Shown: one piece after another, positions 1 through 13,749 of the stretch | How the letters are laid out: each line of letters begins with the position of its first letter | How positions within the stretch are numbered: position 1 is the first letter of the stretch | Assembly: GCA_016748015.1 (NCBI GenBank) | Contig: JAAOMT010000484.1 | Coordinates: 309,410-373,409, forward strand | Origin: Geosiphon pyriformis uo1 | Taxonomy: Eukaryota > Fungi > Glomeromycota | Reading direction: 5' to 3' | DNA length: 64,000 bases | Translations under genes and position numbers: made by a program | The notes under the pieces: model-generated | Seen by the model: only the letters and a program-made list of their open reading frames with translations | Told to the model about the DNA's origin: nothing | The model's database searches: none

Positions 1-446
1 TTTTAAAAATAAATTAAACTTAGTTGTTTTTTTGTTTTTATTTTTATTATTATATATATATAAATTTTTATAATATAAAATTTCTGGAATTTTAAAATTT
101 TTGACAATTTTAAAATTTTTAATATTTTTGTTAATTTTCTTGGAATTTTGATATTTTTGAAATTCTTAAAATCTTAGCTAACATTTTTGAAAATTCTAAT
201 ATTATATAGTTTAATAATTCATATTATATTATATTTTATCTTCTATTTCTTTTTATTTATTTTATAAATAATAATATTTTGTTAAAATATAAAAATATAT
301 ATATTTTTTTTTATTACACAATTAATGAGTAAAGTCTAACTGCTATCTAGTATATAGAACCAAACTAAATGGAACAAACTAAATGCAGTTCACATACTTA
401 TTACATGTGGCCAGTTATTCAGGTCAAACAAAGCTATACTACATGT

Positions 447-3400
447 CTATATGAACAAAAGCATCACCACCCAAACCAAAAAAAAATGACATAGTCTGTA
501 TCTACCAAAGCTGACAGCAAAAGATTCAATAACATTAAGCAAACAAACTACCCCATCTAACAAATTAGACACCAAACAATGAGACAAGTCTGAAATTATA
601 CCACCATTTTTGACCAAGCCAGCCCTCTTCATATCTACTCTATGCTTGAATTTGATGAGCCATACCTTAGTATGAAACAATTTGACCATAAATCTAACAA
701 ATTTAGTAACAATCAATGCAGTCTTTCTCTTCTTCTTAAAAGCCAAAGCAGCTTCAGCATACCAATTTTTTAACACAAAATCCTTGTACATAGCAGTAAA
801 CAGACCTATGTTCGAAGAACATGCCAAAAGCAAACACAAGACAGCTAACATAAGTGAGCAGAAAAAACCCACCAAAAACATTCACCTCTTAGTAGCTTTA
901 GCCAAAACATTATCACAGAGTTCAGCATCATCAGAGCAAACAAAAGTATGATCAGACACCTCCATCTTCTCATACAGTAAACACAACACCCCAAAATAAT
1001 TCACATTGTATAATTTTTTCTTAACAACCACAGACAACTATCTATAAACAGCTTTCATCAAATAAGTGCACATGTTGGCCGAACTCTTACTAGTAAAACC
1101 AAAGAGCATGTAAGAGTCAGGATGTCAGACTTTTGAAGTAGCCACCTAATTTATCTTCTTAATCATGGCACTTGGAACAATATCATAACCAGAATCAGCC
1201 TCCTAATAAGCATGACAAATTGACCAAAAAAGATCACAAACAAAATGATGAGTATTGTTTAACACAGCAGTATTCTCAGCAACCAAAAAATGTTTCTGAA
1301 TTCCAACAAGTAGAGAAAATGGAGAGAAAGTGGCTTTTTCAGCCAACTTATCAGCCTTAACATTGCCCAGAACCCCTAAATGCCCTTTAACTTTCACCCA
1401 CCTAACTAAAATGTATTTTTTCTTGATGAGATCAACAATGTGTAATTGCTTAATCCAACATCGATTATGGAAGTCTGGTGCCATACCCAGAGACTCTGAA
1501 ACACAAGCATCAATTGCAGATTGGCTGTCTGAATACAGAACCACAGAACAAGAGGAGAAAACACACTCTAAGGCCAATACAATGGCTTGTAACTCAGCCA
1601 AAGTGGAGGACAAAAGCCTCTGGACTCTGATCCCAATACTCATGTCTGTAGCTGAGAAATAGGCAGCTGTACCATTTGCCACCTCAACCAAACCAGCACT
1701 CTTCAAGGAACCATCTGTGTAAACTTTAATACAATTTGACCAAATCTTCAAAAGACCCCCATGAACACAAACAAAAGCCTCAGAATTCAAGATATTCAAC
1801 ACTAGTAGTATATGGTCACTGACAAATACAACTTTTACAGAAGCATGCTCACTTATAAAATTAGCCACCAATATAAACCAATAAGGTACTGGGCCCCTTG
1901 GATCCAATTTTTTCCACTGCCAAAATGTTTTTCAGTCCAACACTCTTCTTTTCTTGTCTAAAAGCCTATTATCAAAAGCAATACCAAAACATCTCAAAAA
2001 AAGAACAAAATCATAAAATAAGGAATGACCCAGAATGTCAGACATTGGAAATCTGCCAGAATCACAAAAAGCACTGGGCAAATTGTTTGTCAAGAATAAC
2101 CCATTTTCCAACAAGATCCTCACCACACCAGCTAGAATATTATTCACTAAATTAACCCTCAACTTAACAGAATGCTGTAAAAGATTCAGAGGTAACCACC
2201 CCAGAACTTGTAAATTCAAAAATTTATATTCAAATAAATGCTTAAGAATGCCATGAACATTGAAAAAAAAATCAATGAGACCAATTTATTCTCAAATTGC
2301 ATTTGCTCAAATGAGTTTAAATCATACAAAGAAGGGTAATGTAAAGCTTCATTTGAAAAATCTCTTGATAACTCAGTCTTAGATTTGAGACCCTTCCTAA
2401 TCATAACATCCCACTTGTGACACACACCTGGTAAAACATAATTAAACTGCATCCAATTGTCTTTCTGAGCACTATATTTGAGAAAAACCTGACATCTGCA
2501 TAAGCCTGAGCCAAACTAGGCTTGAAGAGACTCTCTGTAGACAAAAAAATACCCAAGTACCTGTGTGATTCGCCTTATTTAGCAATTGAGATTGGCAAAC
2601 TATTAATTGAAAGTGAAGCAGTTATAACACCTTGATTAATTGAGATAGCCACTGTCTTATCATTATTAATAGAAATGTTATTGACAACAAAAAACCCATT
2701 AGCAATATCTAAAATGGCCTGTGTAGAAGCTTGACAGCTTCCAACCCAAATTGTGTCATCAACAAAAACACCAACAGCCAAAAAAGAAGTTCTTTCTCCA
2801 ATAGTCTCAACATGGCTCATTTCAGCCACAAACTTTGTATCAATACGGTAGCCATACAAGTGCTCATGTTTCTTAACTTTACACAAAAAAGGGTCATAAA
2901 ATATCTGCCAAAGGAGAGAAGAGAAAACCTCACTCTGATCCAAACTATTATGTACTATGTAATCATCTGAAAAGCCAAAATCTGTCATCACTCTGTTGAT
3001 ACAATTTTCATGAATACCACCAAAAAAACCAATAAACTGACTGCACATTTTGATACAATGCAAACTAGTCTTCAAATAATGTCAGTTCACAGAGTTATAA
3101 GCTTTGTGCATGTTTTGCAAAACCAACCAAAGTTTTCTATTCTTTTCCAGAGCATCCTCCACAACTGATCTAATGGCAAAAATTGGAGATTAAGTAAAAG
3201 TACCCTTTAATACTGAAAAATTGTCTCCACAAAGAACATTGAATCTACTGTATGCCAAAGAAATCTGATCAGAAAGAATCTTAAACAAAATCTTCTAGGC
3301 AGTTTCAATTAGAGCAATAGGCCTAGTATTGGTCAGGACATCATTCCATTCATAGGGTTTAGGGATCATCAAAACCCATGCTCTCCTTCAAGGAGTTGGA

Positions 3401-5070
3401 ACTGCCCCCAGGGTTAAACACAAATTCATCAGCTTTAAGAGACAAGACTACATCTTACCACCACAGTGCCTCCAAAGTTTATTAGGAATTCCTAATAATC
3501 TCACAGTCTTATCATTTGGCAAGTTATTAATACACAAAAGCAACTCATCCATATTGATCTTCTTTATAACACCAGAAAAAATATCATCAGGAACATGGTC
3601 TAAAGGCATATATTGATGGGACTAAAGAGCAGGCAACTTTGGAAAAACTGTCTACTTTCTTGTTCATTCTTCCATAATTTTATCCACTTTAAGCTTTACT
3701 TTATCAGACTCAACCACCAACTTATTATCAATCACTAAGTAATCCAAAACAACTTTACAAAATGGACAATTAAGGATACTCTTAATCATAAGTCCCTTGT
3801 CAGAACAGAAATTGTTTATACACCAGTCAATTGCTTTCTTAATGACTGCATTTTCAGATGTTTTTGATTCAAGGTACTTAGACTTCTGATATTTCTTCTT
3901 TATTATAGACAAATGTTTAACAACCTTCATCAAACTTACATTAATTAGAACTATGTTAGCAGTTTTAGAGACCTCCACTTCATTGATTTTTAACCAGACT
4001 CCAATGAGATAGTCAAAATTCAAAAAATCTCCAAAAACCCAAGCTTTAATAATTTTCACAATAAGCAGCTTCAATTTGAAAAACCTCGAAGATTGTTTGT
4101 TTTTCAAACAATCAAATGCACTATACCAATGTTTAAAAAACACCACATTAGCAGCCTACACCATAACATCTTTTAGTACCACCCACATTGTATTTAAATC
4201 ACCATTATTTCTTGTATCCTCAAATATGTTTGACTTTACTACCAACTTAGTAGAAACCTATTCTTCAAAACGTAACCAAAGAGCCTCATTAGCATGTCCT
4301 ATCTTGAACTTTCACTGGTCCAGATTGGCTTGTTTGCGAGCACTATTAAGATGAACATCTAAGAGTTCATCCAAACCAATCATAACTGAAATTGTCTTAT
4401 AATCTGTATCAAAAAATTCTGACATATTATCAATTTTATACAATATAATAGTAGAAGTAAGGTTCTTACTCACAAAAATAAAATCCAACACCTTCTCAAT
4501 GCCCTTAGAATTACTCCAAGTAGGGGCTTTGGCTAAAGAATATTCTTTAAATATATTGACCAGACCCAGATCTGAACAGAACTTGAAGCTAGCACTTTTC
4601 TTAGATCCATTTTCATTGAAGTTACCACCAATGATCATAAATGAGCTAGAATTGGCAGCCTTAGAGATCAAAGAGTTGATAAAAAAAGCTTGGCTAAAAT
4701 GTGTATTAACAGAAGCACCAGTATACAGACCCAAGATTGTAACCAAAAGCTTGTCTTTAAACAAAAAATGAACAGAGACCAGCTGACCAGGAATTTCATC
4801 TATCTTTGAGACATGTTGAGCCAAAAAACTGTTTATAATGATGACAACCCCAGCACCAAGAAAACCCACACTCAAACCAGAAGTGAAAATTTGAACCTCA
4901 TCAAACTTATTTATGATTCAAGGTCTAATATTAGATCTCAATTTGGTTTTTGTAACAATTGAAACCATATTCCTTAATTCTTTATACCAATGAACAACGT
5001 CTTTCTGCTTCACAGGAACATTGATACCTTTAACATTGCATGTAGCAAATTTCCAAACTAAATCATTCAT
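447..5070 (-). pseudogene. LINE ORF2 (endonuclease-reverse transcriptase-RNase H-CCHC), disrupted
   Basis: ATG at 5070-5068. Endonuclease ~4312-5070, RT ~2200-3600, RNase H ~1300-1720, and a C-terminal Cys/His motif (CLLC...SDHTFVC) at ~935-990. Confidence 0.88.
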
Positions 5071-7068
5071 TAAGAAGTAAGGGGAACTAACAGACCTAAA
5101 CCAGAACACAAGCAATCCAATCTTTCTAAAACTAACTCAACTGATACCTCCAGAGTCATCATCTTGGATTCCAAACCTCCCACCTTAGTGGTTAGAACCT
5201 TAGAACTACTTGAACTAAAATTAGCAACTGGTTCTGCAACAACCAAAAGAGAGAAAAGAAGAGATACCATTGTATTATCCAAAGTTATATCTGAGTCTAA
5301 ATTAGATGTACCAGATGCAAAGACAACCAAAAAAGAGACATAAGGTTTGAATGCCAAAGGCACCAATTCTACAAAGCTCAATTTTTTCAAAATAACTGAA
5401 ATCTAATCCACCAAAAGCTTCAAAGAGCACTCCAGAAAAGCCAATTGATTAACCAAACAGGAATCACCAAGAGAATTAGAAACCATTAAGACAGGTTTTG
5501 CACCTGAAAATAAACTAATACCTAAAAGATCTGATGAAACCACATGAAAAGAAGAATCACCAGCAATCTGGACCCAAGTTTTCTCACTAAAAGAAACTGG
5601 ATGAATGATTGGCACCTGCTTTTTCTTATATATATTGGCCAAATAAACCCAATCCTAAGGAGTTACTACTCACTTACCATGAACACCAGAATTCCCACCC
5701 AATAAACACTCTATAGAAAAATGACCAAACTGTTTGTATTGAGCACAATGGGCCAAAAAAAACTAGCCCAGCACAAATTCACACTCTTAAACACCAGAGT
5801 AAAACCAATAGCAACTAATTTAGATGCCTTATCAACAAAGCACACAATTGCACATCTATCATGTACATATAAGCTGGGATTACAGCCAATGAAACAAGTT
5901 TTTCTACCATACAATTCCAACAAATCAGAAAGATCATGAGCTGTAGTACCAACTGGAAGAGTATAAAACAATGCTCGATGCAGATCTCTGAAAACCCATA
6001 ATTGTTTATTATCAATGGCTTTTGCCACATGAACAGAATTCTTTTCCATGAAGACAGACCATCTAGCTGCAACCAAATCAGCTATTTCAGATGACTCAAA
6101 CTCCACTAAAGCTTTTTGCCACAGACCAATCAGTTGTATCTTGATTGATACAATCTTTCCAAACTTAGAAAAAACAGATTTTATAGCCGATTTAGAAAAA
6201 TCAACTGGAATCTTTTTGACAATAATTTTTTTATCTGAATGGCTGTTAACCTTTTTAAGATCATTATTTACCACAATTTTTTCACAGATTGCCAATTCTT
6301 TCATCTTATTTATGCTAGATTCAGAAGTAAATGAAGATTTGATGATCCTTGGGAATTTTGAGAAAGTAAAAGCTCTTTTAAAATCATTGATTCTATAAAA
6401 AATTTTTTGATTGAAATTATTTTATTACTATTGGTTTTTCCAGACACAACAGCCAACTCCATGTCCAATGTGAATAATCTAACTGGTCCAAAGCTATGTT
6501 TTTCCAAGACACATAATTTGGCTAATAACAGCTGATTGGACCCAACAAATTTAGAATTAGGAAGCACAATTTCAGCATCATCATTACTCAAGTTTTTGAA
6601 AAATGGTGTTTTCGGCAGCTGTTCCAAAATGTAGATTCTCATTTGTGTTTTTTTAGGAGTTACATTGTCTACTATGTCATCAGTCTCAGAAGTGTTAGAA
6701 TCTATGTAACTTGTCTCTTCAGCCACTATGTTGTTTATGTTTTCTATGTTGGACATCCCACTGATGCTGGTATTCTTACTTTCCACCTCATTATCCCAAG
6801 ACATCTTACATTTACCACAGTCAGTCTGTAAAATGTGGCCAGGAAAAGATCCAGCTGATGAATCTACAACAACACCAGTAACATCAGGTTTTTTTAATTT
6901 TTTGTAAGAGGGACCCTGAGAGTAGACATTTTCAATGCATGCTTTTTTTTTAGCAACAGACCAGAATTCCAACCCAGCCAAAACAGAACTAGAACCACCA
7001 GCAAAGGAGTCCACTGGTTTTATTGCAACAAAAATGAATATGTCAAAAGAAATAACTAAAGATAACAA
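5070..7068 (-). pseudogene. LINE ORF1 (RRM-containing nucleic-acid chaperone), disrupted
   Basis: Fragments 6310-7068, 5711-6304, 5403-5642 and 5070-5390. RRM-like IIVKKIPVDFSKSAIKSVFSKFGKIVSIKIQ...ALVEFE; heptad-like VLTTKVGGLESKMMTLEVSVELVLERL; ends in TAA at 5072-5070. Confidence 0.8.
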
Positions 7069-8296
7069 GAGAGAATGGAGAAAGGAAAAGCTAAATTTTC
7101 AGTAGTACAAATGTTTTTGTCATGGTCAAGGAGTTAACAGAAAAAATTTAATATTAAATATCAATTAATTATTATTTAATTATTTTTATTTTATTTTTTT
7201 TAATTAAATATAATTTTACTAAAAATTATGTTGTTTTTATTCTTAAATATTAAACTACAAATTTGGCTTATGTTTTATATATAATTAATTATTTAATAAA
7301 TCAAAAATATTTAATGTTTTAATTTTATTAAAGTACTTAATAAAAGTCTGTTTATTCTTAATAAATTTGTGCAATTATTTTTTAATTGTATTTTTATTAA
7401 ATTAATTTTATTTACTATTATAAAATACAAATTATATTTTTTTATAATTAATAACAATTAATTTATAATTTTTAAAACTATTTATATTAAATAAAAAAGT
7501 TTTTTTATTTTTAAACTAATTAAAATTTTTAAGCACAATAATAATTAAATTAATAATACATTTAATTTAAGCTTTAAAAAAAAACAAAATAATTATTGAT
7601 ATTTATATTAAAATTAAATTTAACAGCCAAAAAAAGGCAACTAAATTTACTAAAAAACTAATTTTTACAACTATAAATTTAATAACAACAAACAAATCTT
7701 ACAACTTAAATTTTAAAAAGATTATTTAAATTTATATGTATTTTTACAAACCAACTAAAATAATCAAAGCAAATATTATTAAAAAAACAATAATCTTAAC
7801 ATGAAACAAAAATTTAGTAAATTAATTAATAATTAATATTAAAAAACCAAAATATAAAACAGGTTTAATTATTTATCTAAAAATCTAAATTGCTAATTTT
7901 AAAAAATGTATAATTAAAAAAAGATTAATTAATTAATTTGGTCATAAAAATATTATAAAAAACAATAATTTTTTTTAATTAACAAGAAAATTTTTTTAAT
8001 ATTATTATTTATTATTAAAATTAACTAGCAAATAAAACAGTATTAACAGTTTTAAAAAACTTAAAATACATAATAAAATATTATTACAAGCTAACAAACT
8101 TTAGTTTAATACTTATAATTTTATTAAAACCATTTAAAACATTTTTAATTATGTTAAAAAAATGTTCAAAAGAATATTACATAAAGTTATAATAACAAAA
8201 ACAGAAATAATACAAAAACTACAAAAAACTTAACAATATTAAAAACAAAAAAATAATAATTTAATAAGTTTAATCTATAAAATAGTATTTAAGATA

Positions 8297-9881
8297 CCGT
8301 AAACTCCCGTGAAATAGCACCCCCTTACATCATCAATTTTGGATCGATTTTTTAGGGGGGTTGCTTATTCACGAGACTTTTTGAATACTTAATGCCTATT
8401 GGTCCAATGGTTAAATTATTCACTGTGCATATATCTATTACGAATTTCAATCGCGTCGCTAATTTATTGACCATCTGGTTGAGCCATTTCGTTAGTATTA
8501 GAAGCTGATATTTTGATTATTATAAATGTGGTGAAATAGATACTTGTGTGAAATGCAACAACACAAAAATAATACCTTTGGATGAGGCATGATTTCGAGC
8601 AGTATATACTGTAGCACTTGTAATGTTGATCTTAAGAAACTTGGGTTCATTGTAGCAAAAATTATCAAGTTGAGTTTCGAATTGGAAATTGGATACTATT
8701 GTTATGAGACTCAGAATCTTTACAAATTTCTATTTGATCAATATACTATATTAATTCCAAAGGATTTCTCATTTGTGATCACGTAAGCTCTTTGTATCCT
8801 AAACATGTGATTTGACGTATTCGTCTAATTTTTGGCACTTGTTCCCATTAAATTACTGTAGCAGAATTATCAATAAGAATTTCGACTGGTTTAGTGCCAT
8901 TAGGCAACGATTTGAATGAAAAAATCATCGAATTTCAAAGATTTATAATCCGATCTCGACTAGCATACCAGTATAATCTTTCTCAAATAGTCAATATGGA
9001 TGAAACTCCCATTTATTTTGACATGGCAGGTTCTACTACAATCAATGTAAAAGGAGCCAAAACTATTCAAATTCGAACAACTGGTAATGACAAAAATCGG
9101 TTTACTTGTGTCTTGGCTATAACAGCAGATGGCGGCAAACTCCCTCCTATGATAATTTTCAAAGGTGTATGAACTCCTCCTAATCTTCCCAAAGGCGTTG
9201 TCGTATATATGCATGAAAAAGCTTGGATAGATGAAGATTTGATGTGTGAATGGATAGATCAAATTTGGAACAAACGTCCTGGAATATCAACAGCATCCAA
9301 ACCTACCTCTTTACTTGCTATGGATTCATTTGAAGGGCACAAAACTGAATCAGTACGCCAAAAATGCAATGTTAATAATACTCATGTGGCAATTATTCCT
9401 GGCGGTTTAACATCAATTATTCAACCTTTGGATGTATGTATAAACAAACCATTTAAAGACAGATTAAGAGAAAAATGGCGATTATGGATGAGTCACGGAG
9501 ATTTTCAATTGACTAAAGGTGGAAATTTAAAAAAACCACAATATAATTTGATTTGCCAGTGGATTTTAGAGGTAGGGAAAGATATTCCTTTAGAAATGAT
9601 TATTAAATCATTTAAAAAATGTGGAATTTCTAATGCATTAGATGGAATTGAGGATGATTTATTATATAGTTCTGATACAGAAATTAGTAATCAAATTGAT
9701 GATTTAAATGAAATAGTAAATGAAGATAATATTTCTGCTGAAAAATTAGAATTAGATAAATAAATAAAAATTTATTTTGGTATATATAAAAGGGTTGCTT
9801 ATTCAACTTTTCTAAGACTTTTAGACTTAAAAAGGGAGGGTTGCTTATTCACAGGGATTGCTTATTTACGGGAGTTTACGG
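8297..9881 (+). mobile_element. pogo/Tigger-type (Tc1-mariner superfamily, DDE_1) DNA transposon, probably non-autonomous
   Basis: Terminal inverted repeats CCGTAAACTCCCGT (8297) and ACGGGAGTTTACGG (ends 9881), with TA on both sides (8295-96, 9882-83). Subterminal GGGTTGCTTATTCA-type repeats near 8358, 9792, 9838 and 9854. Confidence 0.93.
8894..9763 (+). pseudogene. pogo-family DDE transposase, catalytic half, with an in-frame stop
   Basis: NMDETP, RFTCVLAITADGGKLPPMIIFKG, AWID, MDSFEGH, IPGGLTSIIQPLDVCINKPFK, SFKKCGIS. In-frame TGA at 9170-9172. No N-terminal HTH visible. Confidence 0.92.
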
Positions 9882-12145
9882 TAATTTAGAATACAAATTC
9901 TATACAAAAAAACTTAATATTGTTCTTAGTAATTAATTTCAAATTAAAAAAATGTAAAAACTAAAAACAGGTTTAATATAAATTAATTTAATTTTAGTAG
10001 TTTTATTAAACACTAAAGTAAAAATTATTTATTTAAAAAATCTTTAATAACTTGTAATAATTTTTAAATACCAATAAATACAACAATTATAGAAAACAGA
10101 AAAAAATGCTTTAGTTTATATTTAATTGGCTTAATTCTTAAAATAAAGTAATTTAATAGGTTAATTAATTAAAATTGCATATAAAAACATAATTTATTTA
10201 GCTTTTAAAATTAATAATAATTAATTAAAATTTAATATATTAGAGAATAAAACCAAATATTAATTAAATTAAAATTTGGTTAATATGTTTTTAATATTAT
10301 TCAAAACAGACAATTGATTACTATTAATAGTTATAATAAAACTAAATATTATAATTAATAATAATATTGTAAAACTAAGAAAAAGCCAAAAAAAACAGAA
10401 AAAATCGACTTTAATATAATTAAAATACTGCTGAAAAAATTAGAAAAATATTAAAAACTTAAAAAAAATTGCTTTTTTATTATAATAGTTTTTCTTATTA
10501 TTTAAGCAATTAGAAAAAAATTGTAAAAAAAATAACAGTTTAAATATCAGTTTATAATTAAAAATCAAAAATTTTTTTAAGATAGTAGTAATTACATTAA
10601 ACCTATTTTTAATATATTACTTTGAAAGAAAAAAATTTTTTATTTAAAGCCAAAAAAAGTGTTTTAAAATTAATAAAAAACTGGTTTACAATAACATTAT
10701 TTAAGAAAAATACTTTTACATAATGCTATCAAGTAGTTTTTACAACTATAAGTGTATTTTTGGTGAAATACTACTAATAAATTCAAATATTATAATGCTT
10801 ATAGTTTTTTTATTTTTGTAATTATAAAACAAAATCTGTAAAAATTATTGGTTTCAATTTAATTTTTTCTTTTTTTTGAATTTTTATTTATTAAAATTAG
10901 TTTAAAAAACAACTATTAAAAAGTAATTAATATTTGTTATTAAATTACTTATGTATTTAATTTGCTTTTAATTAAATTTATATTGTTATTTTTTGTTATT
11001 TGTTAACTTATTATTCTAATTTGTAATAGTACTGATAAGTCCAGTTTGAATTTAATTAATAAAAATTTTTTGGTTGAAATTTTATAAGAAGTAAGTTTAA
11101 TTAAAATAAAATTTAATAATTTAAAAGTTAATTAGTTATTAATTTTGAATTAATACATGTAAAATCAAATTTCAAGTCTCTAAAACATAAATAATATTTA
11201 AAAATACTATAACAAAAAACATTCTAATAACACTAAAAAGATTTTTATTGTTTATTATAAACTACAAAATACTTTTAATAGCAATATAATTAACTGTCTT
11301 ACTTGATTCAATTTTTAATTTCGAACTGACTAAGTGATTTAAAGTTATTAAAGTACGCTTAAAATTATGTATTATTGTTTTTTAATTTTGTTATACAATT
11401 TTGATCTTTTATTTTTTTAAAAACAAGTTGTTACAAAGTAGAATTTGTCGGTGAAATGGTAATTTTGAAAGCGCATAATCCACATTTATAGTTGCCTTTG
11501 TTGTATCTAGAATAGATAGTAGACCTCATTTTGTCATAGCAAATTAAAAAAATTTAAAATACTAATAATATAATTCAAAAAAAGAGAATTAATTGAAAGA
11601 ATTATTAACTAAAAAATATTTAATTAATTACTAATTATAACAAAACAAAAAAAGTCTTGAAAGCAAATTTTGAAAAAATTTAACTAGAATTTAACAATTA
11701 GTAAAATTTTTTTTCTTTGAAATTTGTTTTAAAATCAATCAATTAATTTTATATAATTAAAATTTTCAATAAAATTTTAAAAGTATTTGCTAGCATCATA
11801 ACTCATTCAATTTATCAAATAGTAAACCAAATTTTAAGTTAAGTATTTCGGTCACTTCATATTTATTTTATTTTAAAAAATAATAAATAGTGATAGTAAA
11901 ATTTGTTATGGTAAAATAATATTTTAAATATGAATTTAATTTTAAAAAAGTACAATTTTTTTAAAAATGGAGTGGTATAAATTTTGCAATAAAAAAGTCA
12001 AAATAAATCACTGAGTTTAATATCAGAAAGATTTTGTTAATTTGATCAATCAATTTTTTGTATTTGAATTGAACATTTTTCAATTCTTAAATAATAGATT
12101 ACAGCTACAAATAAATAATGTAAAAAATTTGTATATTAAATTAAA

Positions 12146-12178
<33 letters not shown>

Positions 12179-13749
12179 TTTCAAAAAAATAATGTTTGTT
12201 TAATAGATGTATATTATATAAATAAATAATACTATTCTTATCAATATTCGAAAGTTTTTTATTAATTGGTTTTAATTATTTGCTATTTTTTTAAACTCAT
12301 TTAATTTTATATAAAAACCAGCCCAATAATAAATAAAATAAGAGTTTTAGCAAATAATTCAAAGTATTAAATAGAATCTTTAAGCAAATTTTCATCAATT
12401 TATTCTTAATTTTGGCACAAAAAGTTCATAAATCGGTCCAAACAAGAAGCAAATATTATTTATTAAGTTAATAAAACAATTATATAATTAATATTTAAAT
12501 AAAACTCTGTAAATATCAAAAATATTTATAAATTTTTGTATTTATCTAAAAGTAATATTGTTTTTAACTCGGAGTTTAAATAAGTAATACATAAAAAATA
12601 AATAAAAAATTTTGGTTAACATTTTAAAAAAATGATTCAACTTTAATAAATACTATATTGATTGCAGTTTGATCAATAATTTTTGAAAAAATTGCCATTT
12701 ATATTTAATTTTTATGGGTATAATTAATTGCATTGAATAAAAATTAATTTTGAAATAAAATATTTTTTGTTTTTTGATTAATGGCAACAAATTTTATTAT
12801 TAATTAACAAAGTTCAAAATAACTAAATAATAATACAACAAAAGCCATATTAAATTAATTTATAATTAATTAAATTGTTTTTTTTTTAATAAATTACAAA
12901 TCAATTGTTTAATGTTAAATATATATACAAAAATAGGTCTTGATCATTATTGTAAATTTTTTAATTTGCTTGCAAACATTGAAATTTTATTAATATCTTT
13001 AAAATTTTAATAAATACTTAAAAATAAGAACAAAAAAGCAAATAAGCAAAAGCTGTTTTTTTAATAATTTTAAATTAAAATTTATTTAATTAAGTATTTT
13101 TAGATTAAAGTTGTATTATTAACATATTTAATTAAACTTTTATAAAATGTTTAAATTTATTAAAAATTTTCACAAATTTTATTTTTTGTTTGTAATATGT
13201 TTTTAGGTTTTAAGATTAAACAAAAAAATTTCTTGTTTTTTGTTTAAATTATATAAAATAGTATTTCAATTAAAATAAAATAAAAATAATTTTTTTTTCA
13301 AAAATACAAATTTAAACAAAAAAAAACCTGCAATAAAATAAACTGATAGCATTTGAAAAAATATAAATTACAAATAAGTAAAAAATAATAACTGGTATTA
13401 ATTAAATTAAAAAGTTTTATTAATGGTAAAAAAAATTCTATTAATAAATTATATTGTAATTTAAAGTGGTTTAATTTATAATATAAATAAAAATATACAT
13501 TACTAATATACTGTAATAGATCCGAGTCTATAATACTGATTGGATGATGTAATTCCAATGTGAAAAATTCGAAACTAAAACATAAGAAACGTAATTATTC
13601 AAATTAGTTCTGTTAATAAAATCAATAACTTATTTATATTATTACAATCAATTGATTTTATTTTATTACAAACATATGTGCATTATAACTGATTTTATTT
13701 AAATTTTTACGAAGCATTGAACTTTAAAAATATGTATAATTATTATTAT

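Larger units (their letters stand above)
304..7100 (-). mobile_element. Degenerate, near full-length non-LTR retrotransposon (LINE with RNase H; Tad/I-group-like)
   Basis: Minus-strand ORF fragments occur in LINE order: RRM-like ORF1, APE endonuclease (MNDLVWKFATCNVKGIN...GNFN...PTW...LDFIF), RT (FVDDTIW), RNase H (VYTDGS, AELQAI, YSDSQ, WVKVKGH..GN..AD). The 3' end has AATAAA running into a short A-run at ~304-315. Many stops and frameshifts; the 5' end is approximate. Confidence 0.93.
7840..10420. repeat. Highly AT-eroded interspersed repeat, copy A (interrupted by the pogo element)
   Basis: Alignable by eye to ~13750-14900, e.g. ttattacaagctaacaaactttagtttaatac (8081) vs ttattacaaaccaacaaactttagcttaatat (~13996), and gcttttaaaattaataataattaattaaaatttaat (10201) vs gcttttaaaattggtaataattaatcaaaatttaat (~14477). 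Boundaries approximate. Confidence 0.75.

Noticed and set aside
682-6831. Plus-strand ORFs over the LINE
   Set aside because: Antisense to recognisable LINE domains, with no motifs of their own.
10600-13300. Possible MULE/hAT transposase relics in AT-rich DNA
   Set aside because: Only faint motif hints (minus strand near 11340-11530); too eroded to support a call.
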